Source: the human T2T-CHM13v2.0 reference genome, Homo sapiens
Length of the DNA stretch: 64,000 nucleotides
Reading direction: 5' to 3' (one strand)
Assembly: GCF_009914755.1 (NCBI RefSeq)
Contig: NC_060926.1
In this document: piece after piece, positions 59,346-64,000 of the stretch
Layout: every line of letters begins with the position of its first letter
Numbering within the stretch: the first letter of the stretch is position 1
The notes under the pieces: model-generated
The model's database searches: none
Seen by the model: only the letters and a program-made list of their open reading frames with translations
What the model was told of the DNA's origin: nothing
Translations under genes and position numbers: made by a program

Positions 59346-59962
59346 CAGCCAATAAGTTCAGATAGTCCAATATCTGGAAGGGAGTTCAAGAATGAATAAA
59401 CAGAGAAAAGTGAGGAAAAGAAATGAAGCAAACCATCATAAGAGACAACTTCTGGAATGGAAAGATGTGCGTTTGCAGACGGAGAGGGTTCACCAAGTGC
59501 CCAGAGCTAGGGAGGAATGACAACTCAGAGGTCACAGGAAATCTCAGAACACCAAGGACACAGAAAACCTCAACAGCTTCCAATAAGTTAAAGAAAGAAA
59601 AAAAAAAAAGACACAGTCAAAGCCTTGGGGAAAGACTGGGAATCAGAGTGGGTCAGACTCCTTGTCAGTGACCACCAGAAGACAAGGATTATACATCTTC
59701 AAATTCTAGGGGAAATGGCTTCAAACTAAAATTCTACATCCAAGCAACCACCATCAGTCTAGGGTGAGGGTAGAATAAAATCTCAAAAAACTTTACCTTC
59801 CTGTCCCTATTTTTCTTTTAAGGACAGATGTACTCCACTACATGAAGGAATGCTTGAAGCAGAGGCAAGCCCAGGGTCCAGGCATGGGAAGGCATTGCCC
59901 ATGCTGGAGGCTAGGGCTGTCCTGCAGTGACAGTGACCTGCAGGCCTGGAGTGCTATTGAAT

Positions 59963-60418
59963 TGAAACCGACCCAATAGTCCCATAGACAGGTTTTTTGT
60001 TTGTTTGTTTTGTTCCGGATAAACATAGAAATTGACCCTTCTGATGCTAAAGCTTGAAATTTATATTTGTTTTATCTAAGTTCTTTCCCTGGGAAAAGAC
60101 CCTCAGACCTCTCAAAAAATAGTATCAAAGAACTGCAACTCACCAGATCATCGCATCAGCCAATGAGATGCCAGACCCCTCATTCATCACAATTGCTTCC
60201 TTACCCCTCCCTAGTTCCTGTTTTCCTACACGTTGTTACTTTTCTTCCCTGCTATGTAAACCCCTAATTTTAGTCCATCAGGGAGGTGGATTTGAGACTG
60301 ATCTCCCATCTCCTAGGCTGCAGCACCCAGTTAAAGCCGTCCTCCTTGGAAATAATCGCTCAGTGTTCTGGTCGGTGAGCAGCAGGACGTAGACGGAACC
60401 CCTGGTATTATCATAACA
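59963..60418 (+). mobile_element. LOR1-like ERV1 solo LTR
   Basis: TG...CA termini (tgaaaccgacccaatagtcccatag ... tcataaca) with 4-bp TSD gaat. Confidence 0.8.
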
Positions 60419-61067
60419 GAATCAGTCTGAAACAAGAGGACAGAGGGTTACAGGAGGGGTGGCCCCAAGGGAAAAAAAAATTGATAAATTACCTACTATG
60501 TTTGAATGTATGGAGAAGCAATTTACATTTTAGGAGATTTATAAGAATGAAGATAAATTAGCAATTGGCACATAAAAATCTAAAAAGAAAAATTATCTTA
60601 GGAAAGCAAAAAAGAAAAAAAGCGTGGTATGAGAAAGAAAATGTAGTTAATTATATAGTATACCATATGGCTAAGCTTTGAATAGTATTTCCACAGTCAT
60701 AGTAATATAAATACTGGTAACAGTTGACCAAAGTATTTTTTATTTTATTTATATTGGGAGAGAAATTGTAGTGTATGAGAGCCAATTATTCTCTTCTGCA
60801 GAAGGAAGACAAAGGATAGTATTAAAGTAGAAAAATAAAGAAATAGCAGCATAAGCAAGTTATTTAAAAATATGAAAGCAAAAATCAAAATAAACAGCTG
60901 AACTAATTGAAACTGGTATCGCCTGTAGTGGGAATGGGGAGTAGAAAACTGGTACAGGAGCTGCTGCTTTTGTTACAAGCTTGTAAAATGATTTCACTTA
61001 TTAATGTATCTGTCACTCTAAGAATTAAGATTTTCTAAAGAAAAGGAAAAAATAGGCTTGAGGGTAT

Positions 61068-61365
61068 TTTTTTTTTTTTTTTGAGACGGAGCCTTGCTCT
61101 GTCGCCTAGGCTGGAGTGCAATGGTGTGAGAGCAACAGCTCACTGCAGCTCTGCCTCCTGGGTTCAAGCGATTCTTGTGCCTCAGCCTCCTGAGTAGCTG
61201 GGACTATAGGTGCGCACCACCAGGCCCAGCTAATTTTTGTATTTTTGGTAGAGACAGAGTTTCAAGATGTTGGCCAGGCTGGTCTCGAACTCCTGGCCTC
61301 AAGTCATCCGCCCGCCTCGGCCTCCCAAAGTGCTGGGATTATAGGCGTGAGCCACCTTGCCCAGT
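61068..61365 (-). mobile_element. AluS
   Basis: Antisense dimer. Confidence 0.92.
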
Positions 61366-61802
61366 GGCTTGTGGACATCTTTTGGTGTCTGGAGACATGA
61401 GCACATTGAGTAATGTGGGATCTTACGCATATCCAAACCCCTATCCTGCTGGATGCACCCACCCACAAGTCCCCAGTGTAGTCTAAGCCTCCTCAAGGAC
61501 TCCAGTCTGCGTCTGGTTCCTCCTTCCAAGTTGTTGTAGAGGTCACTAACCAGAAAGACTGATTTCTCTTTGGTGGTTTATCCCCAGTAGCCAGAACACA
61601 CTATAGATGCAGTGCTATCTTTTTTAGCATGTGAAAGAAATGCATAGGTTGCCAGGCTAATTAACTAAATGTTATATTTAGCTGGGAAGATAACATAGCC
61701 CTAGTGTTTGGATTTATCAAAACAAATTCCAGATGGCACACAAGCCACAGAGAGAGGGGCCATCTGGTAAGAAAAAGCAGGGCTCATTTTTTCTAAAGGT
61801 GA

Positions 61803-62129
<327 letters not shown>

Positions 62130-63079
62130 TAAATGTCAAAACTTTCTATGGTGAAAATATATCTAGCTGTTGCTCTCCTGGAGGAGCAATCCTCAGCCTC
62201 ATATCTTTGCTAATTCAAATACCTGTAACATTACGCTCTTTCAAATAACTGAATGATTAAGTATGGTGAGTATAAGTGATTAACACTTGGTGAGTATTTT
62301 AAGGTTTCAGCATATACCTGTTAAATATATTTTGTACAGTGACAGCTGCAGGCATTAATAACACCATTTAACAGACTCTACAATTACACAAATTCTTTGA
62401 GTATATAAACCAATAAAAACTGAAATTATTTTTTTCCAAAATGATTTAAGATGTTGCTGCCATTTTTTTATTTAGCTCAGCAGTGGTATTTTTAGTGCGT
62501 TTTCTGTTTGACAGGATGTTTCTTGCACATATTTTCTTCTCTCCGTATTCCCACTGTTCCTCTGAAACTAATCATTCCCTGCCTGTATTTATTCGCCAGT
62601 TCCCCACCCCCCTCCCCCTGGCCCCACTTGTACACAACTGCCAGCTTAATCTTCTTTAAACATTTTACTGTTTATATAACTTCACAGCTCAAAAAACAGT
62701 CAATAACTCTCTGATGTCCAGAAGATAATGTGCAGGCTTCTGCTCACAGACACCCCAACCTCGTCACCCAACCCCCTCAGTGTGAGTCCCCCACACCCCA
62801 GGGCTGCAGCCAGGCTATCACCCCAAGAACTGGAGCTCTGTGCCCAACCTCAGTGCTTTGGCTGGGACCAGATCCTCTTTCTGCTGGGCCCTAACAGCCT
62901 TCTCCTTAAGGAGTCTGGGCCCTGCTCCGTCTATCTTGAGCTGAATCCAAGATGATTCAGCATGAAGGTGGGAATTGTGCCCACAGAGAGGCTTCTTGCT
63001 CAAGCCCACCTCCAGGTCTGTTTCCAGGGGTGAGGTCATTAGCCCAGATTTTATGTGATGGGAACAGTTGGCTATCCTT

Positions 63080-63592
63080 GGTGGTAAGCACAATAATAAT
63101 GTCCCCTTACCCTACAATGTCTACAGCCTAATCCCCAGAACCTGTGAATTTGTTACATTACATGGCAAAAGAGGCTTTATGATTAAGTTAAAGATCTTGA
63201 GATGGGGAGACGATACTGGATTAGCCCAGTAGGCCCAATGTAATCATAAGGGTCCTTATCAGAGCGAGGCAGGAGGGTCAGACTCAGAGAAGGCGATGTG
63301 AGGACAGAAGCAAAGGTCACAGAGAAAGGGAGATTTTGAAGATGCTAAGGGCTGGCTTTGAAGATGGAGGAGGGGGCTATGAGCAGAAGAATGTAGGCAG
63401 CCTCTGGAAACCGCAAGGAATGGATTCTCCCCCGCCCTCTAAAGGAGCCAGCCCTGCCAACACCTAACTTTAGCCTAACTCATAAGACTAATTGAGATTT
63501 CTGACCTCTGGAACTGTAAGACAAGAAATTTGTGTTGTTTTAAGCCACGAAGTTTGTAGTAATTTGTTCCAGCATCAATAGGAAAATACTAC
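63080..63592 (+). mobile_element. MLT1D-like MaLR solo LTR
   Basis: ctaatccccagaacctgtgaat...acatggcaaaag...gatcttgagatgggga...ctggctttgaagatggagga...taggaaaatactaca. Confidence 0.88.
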
Positions 63593-63756
63593 ACTCCCTT
63601 TGCAGGCTCTCCTGGTCCCAGTCCTAATAATCGTGGCCTGCACTCTGATGTATCTATTACCAGGCTTTCAGGCTGAGACCGATAAAGGCTAAAACCTGTA
63701 CAGTCCAATACATTCACCACCAGTCACATGCAACTATTTATAATTAAACTTAAACC

Positions 63757-64000
63757 AGCCATAATGGCTCACACCTGTAATCCCAGCACTTTGGAAGGCC
63801 AAGGTAGGAGGATTGCTTAAGCCCAGGAATCTGAGACCAGCCTGGACAACACAGTGAGACCTAGTCTCTACAAATAAAAAAAAATAACAGGGTGTGTGGT
63901 GGTGTGTACCTGTGGTCCCGGCTACTCCGAAGGCTGAAGTGGGAGGATTGTTTGAGCCTGGAAGGTCGAGGCTGCAATGAGCCATGATCTTGCCACTGCA
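63757..64000 (+). mobile_element. AluJ (3' end clipped by window)
   Basis: J-type gaggattgcttaagcccagg and ggtcgaggctgc. Confidence 0.9.

Overview
Primate (very likely human) genomic DNA with no recognisable protein-coding exon, RNA gene or CpG island; it looks intergenic or intronic. It is dominated by interspersed repeats: about 60 Alu copies or fragments (AluJ/S/Y, FLAM, one very young AluYa5-lineage copy), old L1M pieces, L2, L3, MIR, two Tigger1 copies, Tigger4a, MER5A, MER1A, a MER85 piggyBac MITE, and solo LTRs (MER41-like, MER50-like, LOR1-like, MLT1). Most ORF-track entries are Alu, microsatellite or dead-transposon translations, and the rest are short frames I could not assign. The most notable observations are two local copy events that a repeat annotation would hide. 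(1) An Alu insertion at ~57.8-58.5 kb carries, inside its target-site duplication (TSD), ~125 bp copied in inverted orientation from a site 25 kb away (32.5 kb). (2) A 26 bp + 104 bp two-piece templated insertion, copied from 1.2-1.4 kb downstream, sits in the (TA)n tail of an AluJ at 3.5 kb. Also seen: a twin-primed mini-L1 that re-used an Alu target site and multiplied octamer motifs, and candidate non-coding exons with strong splice sites at 19-23.4 kb. I found no evidence of a novel gene system. Subfamily names come from recalled consensus sequences, and boundaries are approximate (about +/-10-30 bp for old elements).
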